Shown here piece by piece: positions 20,547 through 29,836 of a stretch of DNA of 64,000 bases. The translations under genes and the position numbers were made by a program. The stretch is from an uncultured Armatimonadetes bacterium (GTDB lineage: Bacteria > Armatimonadota > Hebobacteria > Hebobacterales > Hebobacteraceae), in the NCBI GenBank assembly GCA_963716175.1, contig OY970296.1, positions 2,464,001-2,528,000 of the forward strand, in the 5' to 3' direction. The notes beneath the pieces are model-generated. The model made no database searches, was not told the DNA's origin, and saw only the letters and a program-made list of their open reading frames with translations. The stretch's first letter is position 1. Each line of letters starts with the position of its first letter.

Positions 20547-22067
20547 CTAGGCCTGCTTCTTTCTCTCTGCGCTGTAGGCAGCCAAGGCCGCCACCAGTCC
20601 CGGGATGGTATGCTCCTGGGCCTCGATATCCACCTGCAGCCCGGCCTCGCACGCGGCCTGAGAGGTGATCGGTCCGATGGAGGCGATAGTATAGCGGGCA
20701 AGAGTCCCTGTGCTCGCGAGACGGGTTAGCTGCCGCACGGTCGAGGCGCTCGTCAATGTGATCACATCCACCTCGCCCGCTTCCAGGGCCGTAGCCAGCC
20801 AGCGCGAGCCCTCTTCGTCTGGCAGCGTGCGATAGATACTCAGGACTTCGACGGCCGCTCCTCTTTCCCGCAGCAGCCTGGGGAGGACTTCCCTCGCCTC
20901 CTCTGCCCGCGCCAGCAGGATGCGAGTGCCCGCCGAGACCTCCGGAAGCTCAGCGGCGAGAGACTCGGCCACCGACCGGGAGGGGACGAAGTCCACCACC
21001 AGCTCGCGCTGCTTCAACTCAGCCGCGGTCCCAGGACCCATGGCCCCTATGCGCGCGCCCGCCAGGCACCGCCAGTCCAGGCCGGCCTGCTGGATCAGCT
21101 TGCCGAAATGGCTGACCCCGTTCGCCGAGGTGAACAGCACCCAGCTCCAAGTCTGCTCACACAGGGCCTGCAGTCGCGCCGCATCAACCGCGACCGGCTC
21201 GGTGCGAATCAAGGAGCAGACCACCGGCTCGGCCCCGGCCGCCCGTAGCCGGTCGGAGAGCGCGCTTGCTTGCTGTCGGGGCCGGGTCACCAACACGCGC
21301 AGGCCCCGCAGCGGCCGTGGCTCGAACCAGTTCAGCCGCCGCGCCATCGTCACCACTTCGCCCACCACCAGAATTGCCGGCGCGGCAAAGGCACGCCGCT
21401 CCGCCTCCGCGGCGATCTGTGCGAGCGTGGAAACGATGGTCTGCTGCCGGCCCGTAGTCCCCCAGCGGATCAAGGCCGAGGGCGTGATAGCCTCGCGTCC
21501 GCCACTCAGCAGCTCCCGCGTGATCTCTTTCAGGTTCTTCACCCCCATCAGCACCACCAGGGTATCCGCCGCGCGGGCCAGGCGCTGCCAGTTCACGCGG
21601 GTGCCTTCCCCTTCGCCCTCTTCGTGTCCGGTGACGATGGCCAAGCTGGACGCCGCGCGCCGATCGGTCACCGGGATGCCCGCGTAGGCCGGAACCGCTA
21701 CCGCTGACGTGACGCCCGGCACGACCTCGAAGCTCACGCCCTGCTCGACCAAGTGATCCGCCTCTTCGCCGCCGCGGCCGAAGAGAAACGGGTCGCCGCC
21801 CTTGAGCCGGCAGACCGACCGCCCGGCCTTGGCCTCCTCGACTAGCAGCCGGTTGATCTCGGTCTGGCTGAGGGCATGGTGCGAGCTGGACTTCCCGACG
21901 TAGTGCACTCGCGCGTCGGTGCGCGCTTCCAGCAGCAGTTCCGGACTGGCCAGGCGATCGTAGACGACGACGTCCGCGTCACGCAGCACCTCCAGCCCTC
22001 GCCGCGTAATCAACCCCGGGTCTCCCGGGCCCGCTCCCACCAGGTATACCGTGCCAGCCCTCAGCAT
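20547..22067 (-). CDS. cobA: Uroporphyrinogen-III C-methyltransferase / uroporphyrinogen-III synthase fusion (CobA-HemD)
   Basis: VYLVGAGPGDPGLIT, RLKGGDPFLFGRGGEE, then VLVTRP, FTSANGV, TSASTV, SIGPIT. Confidence 0.95.
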   Translation of the reverse strand: MLRAGTVYLVGAGPGDPGLITRRGLEVLRDADVVVYDRLASPELLLEARTDARVHYVGKSSSHHALSQTEINRLLVEEAKAGRSVCRLKGGDPFLFGRGGEEADHLVEQGVSFEVVPGVTSAVAVPAYAGIPVTDRRAASSLAIVTGHEEGEGEGTRVNWQRLARAADTLVVLMGVKNLKEITRELLSGGREAITPSALIRWGTTGRQQTIVSTLAQIAAEAERRAFAAPAILVVGEVVTMARRLNWFEPRPLRGLRVLVTRPRQQASALSDRLRAAGAEPVVCSLIRTEPVAVDAARLQALCEQTWSWVLFTSANGVSHFGKLIQQAGLDWRCLAGARIGAMGPGTAAELKQRELVVDFVPSRSVAESLAAELPEVSAGTRILLARAEEAREVLPRLLRERGAAVEVLSIYRTLPDEEGSRWLATALEAGEVDVITLTSASTVRQLTRLASTGTLARYTIASIGPITSQAACEAGLQVDIEAQEHTIPGLVAALAAYSAERKKQA

Positions 22068-23695
22068 CTCGCGGCCGCCAGAATCTCACCGGCGCCGGCG
22101 GCCAGCATCTCCTCCGCCAGCTTCACCCCCAGCGCCTCCGCCTCCTCCGCCCGGCCCTCTACTTGCCGCCGGATCACCTGCTTCCCCGTGACCTCTGCCA
22201 CCACGCCCTGCAGTAGCAGGCGGTCGTCATCAACTGTCCCCAGCGCTCCCGCTGGGACCGTGCAGCCCGCGGCCAGCCGCGCCAGGAAAGAGCGCTCCGC
22301 AGTCGCCGCCAGTCGCGTCGGCCGGTGGTCGAGCCTGCCCGCCAGTTGTCTCATCTGGAGGTCATCCGCACGTGCCTGCACCGCCAAGGCTCCCTGTCCC
22401 GGGGCCGGCAGGCAGATCTCGAAGGGAATCAGCTCTGTGGCGCGGTCCGCCCGCCCCAGCCGCACCAGTCCCGCGTAGGCCACCACCAGCGCGTCGAACT
22501 GCCCTGCTGCCAGCTTTCGCAGCCTGGTATCCACGTTCCCTCGCACGGGCACAAAGACCAGGTCCGGGCGGAAGGCCCGTAGCTGCGCCTCCCGCCGCGG
22601 GCTGGAGGTCGCCACCCGGCAGCCTGGGGCGAGCCGGGCGAGTCCCACTCCGGTGCCGGTCACCAGCGCATCATGGGGGTCGGCCCGCTCCGGTACCGCC
22701 GCCAGCGCCAGGCCGGGCCAATCGCCGGTGGGGAGATCCTTCAGGCTGTGCACCGCGAGGTTCACGTCGCCAGCCAGCAGCGCGTGCTCGATCTCCTTCA
22801 CGAACATCCCCGTCCCTGATTCCAGGCGGGGCGCGCGGCTCGCGTCGCCCGTGGTGCGGATGACCTTCACCTCCGCGCTCACGCCCAGCCGTTCCAGCAT
22901 CGCCACTGCCAACTGCGTCTGGGCCAGAGCCAGCTTGCTCCCCCGGGTGCCTATCACGACCTGCCCGCCGCCAGCGGGTTCGGTCACGTTGGCCCATAGG
23001 CCCAGCACCCGGCGTGCCAGAGCTTCGGCCTCGTGCTCTCTGCCCGCTTCGAGCAGCGCCAGCACTTTGCCATCCAACACTTGGCGCCAACGGCGCGCCC
23101 GCTCCTCGAATGACGTCACCCGCGCGGCCAGCTCGGGGCGCAGGCGGCCCAGCAGTTGGGCCAACCGCCCATAGGCGGCCGGCACCGCGGCCTCGATCCT
23201 TTCCCGGAGGTGGCGAGCCAGGGCCGGACTGGCCCCCTGAGTGGAGATGGCAATGGCGATGGAACCGCGCTCCAGTTTGGCTGGCAAGAAGAACGTGCAC
23301 TGAGCAGGATTGTCCGCGACATTCACCGGGATGCCTGATTGGCTCGCCTCGTGGTAGACGGCCGCGTTCACCCTGGGAGCGTCGGTGGCGGCGAAGGCCA
23401 GGGTGCTCCCGCGCAGGTCGCCGAGCTGGTACTCGCGCGCAAGGTGCGTCAGTTTGGCCTGGCCGAGCAGGCTTCTGGCGGCCTCGCTGAGCTGGGGTGC
23501 GATCATGCGCACCGTCGCCCCCGCGGCCAGCAGAGAGGCGACCTTGCGCGCCGCCACCTCGCCACCACCCACCACGGTGCACAGCTCGTCGGCCAGACTG
23601 AGGAAGATGGGGAACAGCGAGTAGCGCTCCTGTGCCTCTTCGGCTCTGCTCTCGCCGCCGGGCGCGCCCACGTCCCGGTGCTCGCTATCTCTCAT
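22061..23695 (-). CDS. hemC: Precorrin-2 dehydrogenase/ferrochelatase (SirC/CysG-N) fused to hydroxymethylbilane synthase
   Basis: N part: FPIFL..VVGGGEVAARK, VNVADNP..C.F, AISTQGASPALA; C part: IGTRGSKLALAQ, HSLKD, TSSPRR, RGNVDTRL, GCTVP. Confidence 0.9.
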   Translation of the reverse strand: MRDSEHRDVGAPGGESRAEEAQERYSLFPIFLSLADELCTVVGGGEVAARKVASLLAAGATVRMIAPQLSEAARSLLGQAKLTHLAREYQLGDLRGSTLAFAATDAPRVNAAVYHEASQSGIPVNVADNPAQCTFFLPAKLERGSIAIAISTQGASPALARHLRERIEAAVPAAYGRLAQLLGRLRPELAARVTSFEERARRWRQVLDGKVLALLEAGREHEAEALARRVLGLWANVTEPAGGGQVVIGTRGSKLALAQTQLAVAMLERLGVSAEVKVIRTTGDASRAPRLESGTGMFVKEIEHALLAGDVNLAVHSLKDLPTGDWPGLALAAVPERADPHDALVTGTGVGLARLAPGCRVATSSPRREAQLRAFRPDLVFVPVRGNVDTRLRKLAAGQFDALVVAYAGLVRLGRADRATELIPFEICLPAPGQGALAVQARADDLQMRQLAGRLDHRPTRLAATAERSFLARLAAGCTVPAGALGTVDDDRLLLQGVVAEVTGKQVIRRQVEGRAEEAEALGVKLAEEMLAAGAGEILAAARC

Positions 23696-23714
23696 GGATG
23701 ATTCTTCCGCGGCC

Positions 23715-25172
23715 TCACTTCTGCGCGCCTCGGCGCGCCGCTTCCAGATCGGCCGCGATATCCGGGGGGGCCGCGGGCAGCAGCACGCGAAAGGTAGTGC
23801 CCGCGCCCACTTCACTCTCCATCGCCACCTCTCCCCCCTGCGCGCTTACGATGGCTTGGACGATGGACAGCCCCAGCCCGGTCCCCTCCTTGCCGCTTTC
23901 TCGGGCATTGCTGGCCCGGTAGAACTCCTCGAAAATCCGTTCCTTCTCGGCCGCAGGGATCCCGATCCCGGTATCGGAGACGGAGATCTCGACCCGGTCG
24001 CCCTTCCGGTCTATCACCACCCTGACCTTGCCTCCCGCCGGGGTGTACTTGACGGCGTTCGAGATCAAGTTCTCCAACAGATCGCTGATTGACTCCGGGT
24101 CGCCCACGATGGGCGAAACCTGGGCCCCCACCTTGGACTCCAACGAGACCGAATTGGATGCGGCCTGGGGCCGGAAGTCGTTCTCGACATTGGCCAGGAT
24201 CTCGGCCAGGTCCATCGGCTGGCGATGGGCCAGGGGCGATGTCTCCTGGGCCCGCGACAGCGCCAGCAGGTCTCGGGCCAGGTCCAGCATATTGCGCACC
24301 CGCTCTCCCGCGCGCACTATCATCTCGTGCGACTTCTCGTTGAGCGGCCCCGTGCGCCCCTCCGACACCACGGCGAGCATCCTCTCCAGCGCCGCCAGCG
24401 GGGAACGGAGATGGTGGGCCACTCGGTGCAGGTACTCAGATTTCCCCCGCTCCAGGCGGGAGAGCTCCTCGTAGGCACGCTCCAGGTCAGCGGTGTGCTC
24501 CTGCAGCGACTGGGAGAGACGCACCACTTCACCCTCCCGCCGTCGCAGTTGCGCCGTGATCGAGGTCGCCATGAAGGCGGTGAACGTGAGCATGCTGCCC
24601 ACCACGAGGAGAATGGCGAAAACATAGGTGGGGCTGCGGTAATGCTCACTCCCCGTGAATCCTACCAGGTGATAGTGGGCGATCCGGCCCGTGGCCTCCA
24701 GCCCGGCCATCAGAGAGACCAGGCCCAGCGCCAGCACGGTGTGCGCATAGGTAGCGCGGCGGGAGAGCAGAATGCTGGCGATCACAATGTGAAAGACGTA
24801 GTAGCAGACCAGTGGATTCTCGATGCCACCTGCGAAGTGCAGCAGCGCGGTCAAGAATAGCAGGTCCACCCCGATCTGGAGGTTGGCGAAGGCCTTCAGC
24901 AGAAAGGGCCTGGCCGCGAAGGGCAGCCGGTAGCTGGCCACCCAGAGCACGAGGTTGTAGCCGGCCAGACCCACGGTGATCAGGTAGAGCGGCCGCTCGG
25001 CCAAGGGCACTCCCACCAGCCTGGGCACCGACCAGACCACCACCGTCACGCCCGCGGCCGCGGCCCACCGCAGGCGGACCAGCCACCAGATCCGCTCCCT
25101 CAACTCCTCCGTCTGGGAATCGCCTTGCACTCCGAGCTGCGCCCGCATAACGGTCCGGGCCCCCCAGCTCAC
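23715..25172 (-). CDS. Membrane sensor histidine kinase; start may be 25148
   Basis: WLVRLRW plus about 6 TM segments, H-box VAHHLRSPL, NLISNAVKY, DTGIGI, FEEFYR, GTGLGL. Confidence 0.92.
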   Translation of the reverse strand: MSWGARTVMRAQLGVQGDSQTEELRERIWWLVRLRWAAAAGVTVVVWSVPRLVGVPLAERPLYLITVGLAGYNLVLWVASYRLPFAARPFLLKAFANLQIGVDLLFLTALLHFAGGIENPLVCYYVFHIVIASILLSRRATYAHTVLALGLVSLMAGLEATGRIAHYHLVGFTGSEHYRSPTYVFAILLVVGSMLTFTAFMATSITAQLRRREGEVVRLSQSLQEHTADLERAYEELSRLERGKSEYLHRVAHHLRSPLAALERMLAVVSEGRTGPLNEKSHEMIVRAGERVRNMLDLARDLLALSRAQETSPLAHRQPMDLAEILANVENDFRPQAASNSVSLESKVGAQVSPIVGDPESISDLLENLISNAVKYTPAGGKVRVVIDRKGDRVEISVSDTGIGIPAAEKERIFEEFYRASNARESGKEGTGLGLSIVQAIVSAQGGEVAMESEVGAGTTFRVLLPAAPPDIAADLEAARRGAQK

Positions 25173-25250
25173 GCGCCCACCGCCGCCGTCCCGGTCTCGC
25201 CGCGGCGGCTAGGTCGCCGGGACCTCCGTGGCGGCCGAAGGCCCAGCCAG

Positions 25251-25685
25251 CTACGGGGTATCCCCTTCTTCCAGCAGGCGCTTGATATTCGCCAGCAGGT
25301 CTGCAGAGGAGGCTGTCTTGTCCAGGAAAGCCTGCACCGGGAGATACTCGTAGGGCCCATAGGCGGTATCGCCTTCCTCCGGGCGGAACTTGAGCCCGGT
25401 CTTCTTCTGAATCGCGGTCAGCACGATGATGGGCAGCTCTCGACAGGCCGGATCGGGGTCCTTGCGCAGATCCCACACGAAGTGGAATCCCTCCGTGCCG
25501 GTTGGCATCATGACATCCAGAATCACCAGGTCGGGCTTCTCGGCGTGCACGGCCTCCAGGGCGGCCTGGGCGTCAGCGGCCACCCGCGTGGCGTAGCCCT
25601 CGTCGTCGAGCAGGATCTTGAGCGCATCGGCCGCATCCGGGTCGTCCTCCACGATCAGAATCCTCTTGCCAGCAGCATCTCCCAT
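25251..25685 (-). CDS. Stand-alone response regulator receiver
   Basis: ILIVEDD, PDLVILDVMM, IIVLTA, FLDK. Confidence 0.9.
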   Translation of the reverse strand: MGDAAGKRILIVEDDPDAADALKILLDDEGYATRVAADAQAALEAVHAEKPDLVILDVMMPTGTEGFHFVWDLRKDPDPACRELPIIVLTAIQKKTGLKFRPEEGDTAYGPYEYLPVQAFLDKTASSADLLANIKRLLEEGDTP

Positions 25686-25834
25686 CGCCTTCCTCCTTAG
25701 AGTCTCTAACAGAACCCGGTATCAGGCTATATCGAAGCCACCGGAACTGCGCTCAGCGCACGCTAGCCGGGTTTTGATCCAGCCTCTTAGCAGCTATCAC
25801 AGCACTCCCGACACAGGCTCCACCAAGATCGGCC

Positions 25835-28486
25835 TCAGTTGCGAGCTGCATGGGCCAAGCAGCGCCACACCATTGTCGGCATCCAGCCCAGATTCTCCCA
25901 GCGCAGCACCACCTCCCGATAGGTGGTGCGCCCCGATATGCAGTCGAACAGAGCTTGGCGCAGCGCAGGCCGGCGCGCCGCCTCCTCGACGAACGGGTCC
26001 AGCAGGTCGTGCTTCGAGGTCACGATCACAAGCCAGCGAACCAGCCGGCCGAACCACACGTCGCGCGCCAGATGCTGCTGTTGCTGCGCCAGTCGGGCGA
26101 ATGCCTCTCGCGATATCCCCTCGCCCAGCATGGTTGCCGCGCACTGTTGTCCGCCCTCCAAGGCGCTGTTGATGCCCTTCCCTTTGAAGGGCCGCACTAG
26201 CCCCGCGGCGTCGCCAATCAGCACATAGCGGTCTCCATACCAGCCCCGCGCCGGCCCCAGTGGGAAAGCACCCTTGAAGCTGCCGCGCACATCAGGCGCC
26301 GCCGGCAGCAGCCTGGCCACCTGGGGCTGCCGCAGGAACTCCTCCATGTGCGCCGACCTCAGGCGGGCGCCAGCAATCACCACCACGATGTGATTCCCCT
26401 TCGGGATCAAGGCTCCGAAGTCCACCTCCCGCTGCTCAGGCAGGAACACGTGAATGCAGTCGTCCAGCAGGTGCGGGATGAACTCCAGCCCGGCCGGATG
26501 GATCTTGCAGGCCAGCGTCTCCAGTGACCGGGGCGGCCGGTAACGGCTGGATCGGGCAAAGGCTCGGCCCATGCCTTCGTCCAGGGCGAAAGCCCCGACC
26601 ACCGCGTCTCCATCGAAGCTGCCGCCCTCGGTATAGACCACTACACCCCCTGGCTGTATCTCCACATTCGTGGCCCGAGCGTGCACCACCTGCGCTCCCC
26701 TGGCCTCCGCCTGCTCCAGCAGCAAGAGGTCCAGCTCTACCCGTCGGAGAGCGAACGGTTGCTCGCCCAGCTCCTCACCGCTCAGATAGGTGCTATGTTT
26801 CCGGCCATACAGCACATAACCTGCTATCTGGCGCTGCAGCAGTGTCGGGGGGAGAGCAATGCCCAGGCCCTGGGAGATCAGCTCCGTCCCGGGGGGAGAG
26901 AGCACCCCCGCGCACTGGTTCTGGTGCTCCCCGAAGCGTTTCCCCTCAATTACCACTATCCCCGGCCTCTGCCCTGAGCGCTCGCCCTCGCGCGCCAGCG
27001 CGATCGCGCAGGCGCTCCCAGCCGGGCCTCCGCCGATGATGATCACGGTCTGCCCCGTGCGCAGGGGCCCCAGCCCCGACGTGGCCGTCATGCTCGCCGC
27101 CTGTGTTCGGGTGCGGGCAAGGTCAGCCTGGCCCCGCGGCCCCGTTGCCCCGACCCCCAGCATGTGTCTGGCCGCCACCGAGGCCAGCGCCTTCGCCAGC
27201 CGGAGCTGCGCCCGCGCCTGCAGTCCCCTCCCCAGGATCCGGCGGTAGGGGATGCTGCCCGTGAACATACCCCACAGCGCGGCCGTCAGCGGCTTGCTGC
27301 GCCCCCGCCACTGCTGCTCCGCCCGCGCCGCTTCGAGCAGCGCCCGCGACATGGTGGGAGAACGTGATCCCAGGTCCTGCAGCCCTAGCAGGAAGCGGCC
27401 GTAAGTGTTGTCCCGCGGGTAGGTCCGGCGGCAGACCCGCAGATAGGTCCGGCTGAGGTGCGCCCGTGTCGGCTCCTCCGCGAGCAGAGCTTCGGCCGCC
27501 CACATCGCGGTGTAGAAGCTGGACTCGATCCCGTTCTTGAGGTAGCGAGAGACCTTCGCGTCTCCGATCACCACCAACCAATCATAGGCCGGACCTCGGG
27601 CCGGCGATACCGGCAGCCGCGGGGCGCACGAGCAGTACTCGTCCGGTGGCCTCCAGTCGGGCGGGAAGTGGGCTCTGACCTCGGGCGCGGCCAGCACCTG
27701 CTCCATCTGCTCCCGGCCCGGGTTGTCGCCGATCAGGGTTACCGTGACGTGCTGCCGCTTCGGCGTCACTGCCGCGAATCGGATCCTGGGCCACCCCATA
27801 GCGAAGATCAGCACACGGTTGCGCATCCGTTCCTGGATGAAGGCCCGTTCCAGGGGGATCTCCGCCTGCCGAGCTCGCGTGGTGTGCGGCGCGCGGTAGC
27901 CCACCGCCAGGCGTTCGAAGACGTTGACCAGATTGCTGTTGACGCCAAAGGCACCGACCACCAGGTCGGCTTCATAGGACGAGCCATCACGGCAGAGAAT
28001 GCCGAAAGGCTCTCCCTCCCCTCCCGGCAGCCGCACATCTGTGACCAGCTTACCGATATGCTGTGCTCCCTGCCGCTCGGCTTCGCCCATCAGGAACCAG
28101 TCGAAACCTTCCCGGGCCGCGGGATACATGCCCAGGGGGCCGGGTCCCCGGAAGGTGGCGTACATGGAAGTGCCCGGCGGCGTCGGGATATCGAGCGCGC
28201 CGGCACGTGTCTGCAGCAGATAGCCCTCGATCCGCCGCTGGATCACGTGCTCGGGCACGTCCATGCCCAGCGCCCGCATATTCCTGATCAGCGAGTCGGG
28301 GATAATGCCCGCGCACATGTTGCAGCCTGCCGGGCCGGGCTGCTCGAAGCTCTTGTGGTCGAAGACAAGCACTTCCAGCTCCCGGCCGGCCACGCGTGCC
28401 AGCCGACAGAGCCAGATGGCGCAGAAGGCCCCGGCCGGCCCTCCCCCCAGAATCCCCACACGCCGCGGCTGCTCCTGTTGGCTCAT
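25835..28486 (-). CDS. Tandem two-domain FAD-dependent oxidoreductase (geranylgeranyl-reductase-like fold)
   Basis: Two Rossmann motifs (ILGGGPAG, IIGGGPAG), each followed by a Cys motif (CNMCAG, NQCAG) and an IGDA...GI.S motif. Confidence 0.8.
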   Translation of the reverse strand: MSQQEQPRRVGILGGGPAGAFCAIWLCRLARVAGRELEVLVFDHKSFEQPGPAGCNMCAGIIPDSLIRNMRALGMDVPEHVIQRRIEGYLLQTRAGALDIPTPPGTSMYATFRGPGPLGMYPAAREGFDWFLMGEAERQGAQHIGKLVTDVRLPGGEGEPFGILCRDGSSYEADLVVGAFGVNSNLVNVFERLAVGYRAPHTTRARQAEIPLERAFIQERMRNRVLIFAMGWPRIRFAAVTPKRQHVTVTLIGDNPGREQMEQVLAAPEVRAHFPPDWRPPDEYCSCAPRLPVSPARGPAYDWLVVIGDAKVSRYLKNGIESSFYTAMWAAEALLAEEPTRAHLSRTYLRVCRRTYPRDNTYGRFLLGLQDLGSRSPTMSRALLEAARAEQQWRGRSKPLTAALWGMFTGSIPYRRILGRGLQARAQLRLAKALASVAARHMLGVGATGPRGQADLARTRTQAASMTATSGLGPLRTGQTVIIIGGGPAGSACAIALAREGERSGQRPGIVVIEGKRFGEHQNQCAGVLSPPGTELISQGLGIALPPTLLQRQIAGYVLYGRKHSTYLSGEELGEQPFALRRVELDLLLLEQAEARGAQVVHARATNVEIQPGGVVVYTEGGSFDGDAVVGAFALDEGMGRAFARSSRYRPPRSLETLACKIHPAGLEFIPHLLDDCIHVFLPEQREVDFGALIPKGNHIVVVIAGARLRSAHMEEFLRQPQVARLLPAAPDVRGSFKGAFPLGPARGWYGDRYVLIGDAAGLVRPFKGKGINSALEGGQQCAATMLGEGISREAFARLAQQQQHLARDVWFGRLVRWLVIVTSKHDLLDPFVEEAARRPALRQALFDCISGRTTYREVVLRWENLGWMPTMVWRCLAHAARN

Positions 28487-28490
28487 GCGC

Positions 28491-29539
28491 TCACGTCCCC
28501 CAAGCTCCGCCGCCTCCGGTTCGCAGCACGCACCAGGGGTCTTCGGCCAGGTAATCCCCATCCGAGGCATAGTAGGCGCGAGCGCGGCAGCCGAAGCAGG
28601 TCCTTCCCCAGCGACAGCGCCCGCACGCGCCCTTCAGATGTCCCTCGCGCAGCCGCTGGAAGGCCTCTGCTTTCGCCCAGATTTCCGACAGGGTCTGCTC
28701 GTGCACATTGCCCGCGCGCACGGGCAGATAAGGGCAGGGCTGCACCTCACCTGTGGGTGTGATCACGCAGTAGCTGCGGCCCGCCAGGCAGCCAGCCTGA
28801 TAGCCACTGTCCAGGCCCAGGCGGTCGGCGATGCGCACGAACTGGGGGGCGCACGTAGGCTTGATCTCCAGTTCGCCCTGCGCCTGCCTCTTGAGCAGCG
28901 CCTCCAGCAGCTTCTCGCAGCGCTCGGCCTCCACCATGTCCTGGGCGATCTCCTTGCCCCGGCCGGTTGGCACCAGGAAGAACACGTGGTGGCCCGCGGC
29001 CCCGAGTTCCAGGGCGAGATCGGTGATCCGCAGCACTTGCTCCTGGTTCTGGCGGGTGACAGTGGTGTTGACCTGGAAGGGGAGCCCGACCTCCCGGCAA
29101 GCCCGCATCCCGGCCACCGCTTCCTCCCAGGCCGTCGGAGAACCCCGGAGCGCGTTGTGGTATGCGGGGTCGGTGCTGTCCAGCGAGACGCCGGCTCGCG
29201 CCAGGCCCCGCTCTTCAGGTTGGCTGCAACCTCATCGGTGATCAGGGTGCCGTTGGTCCCCAGCCCTGGCCTCAGGCCCAGGTCCCTGGCCGCGCGGATC
29301 AGATGGTAGAGGTCCCGGCGAAGCAGCGGCTCTCCCCCTGACAGGATCAGCACGCGGAAGCCGATGCCGGCGATCTCCTCGATCAGCCCCAGACCCTCTT
29401 CCGTGGTCAGCTCTCCCGGATCGGGGCGCTCCCGCGCGTCCCGGTAGCAGTGCGAGCAGGTGAGATTGCACTGCCGGGTGATGTTCCACGACACCAGTGA
29501 AGGCCGCAGGCTGTTTTCTCTCTGGGTCCCGCTGTCCAA
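28491..29539 (-). pseudogene. Radical SAM/SPASM protein (AhbD/NirJ2-like), frameshifted near 29208 (or assembly error)
   Basis: VSWNITRQCNLTCSHCY, LSGGEPL, GTNGTL, then in another frame GVSLDS, FFLVPTGRG, PTCAPQ, GCLAG..PCPY..CGRC..CFGCRARA..DPWC. Confidence 0.85.
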
Positions 29540-29836
29540 GTCCTACTGCCTCTCCAACTCTCTGTTCTGTCAGCGATGCCCGCTTGCCTGGGGCGGCCTG
29601 GGCCGATTTGTACTGCCGCAGAGACGGCGCAGCCAACCGCGCAAGGCTGCACTACTCCGAGCATCCCCCGGCGCTACTACCGCGAAACGCCGCGACTTCG
29701 CGCCCCGCGCTTCCCCTCCGTCGGGATGCGGCCGGAGAGGAGGGATCAAGGCTCCGCAAAGAGAATCCCGCCAAGGCTGTCCTCCGGGGCGACCCTCAGC
29801 GATCATCCCGGCAAGCCAATCAGAGTGAGGTGCGCT

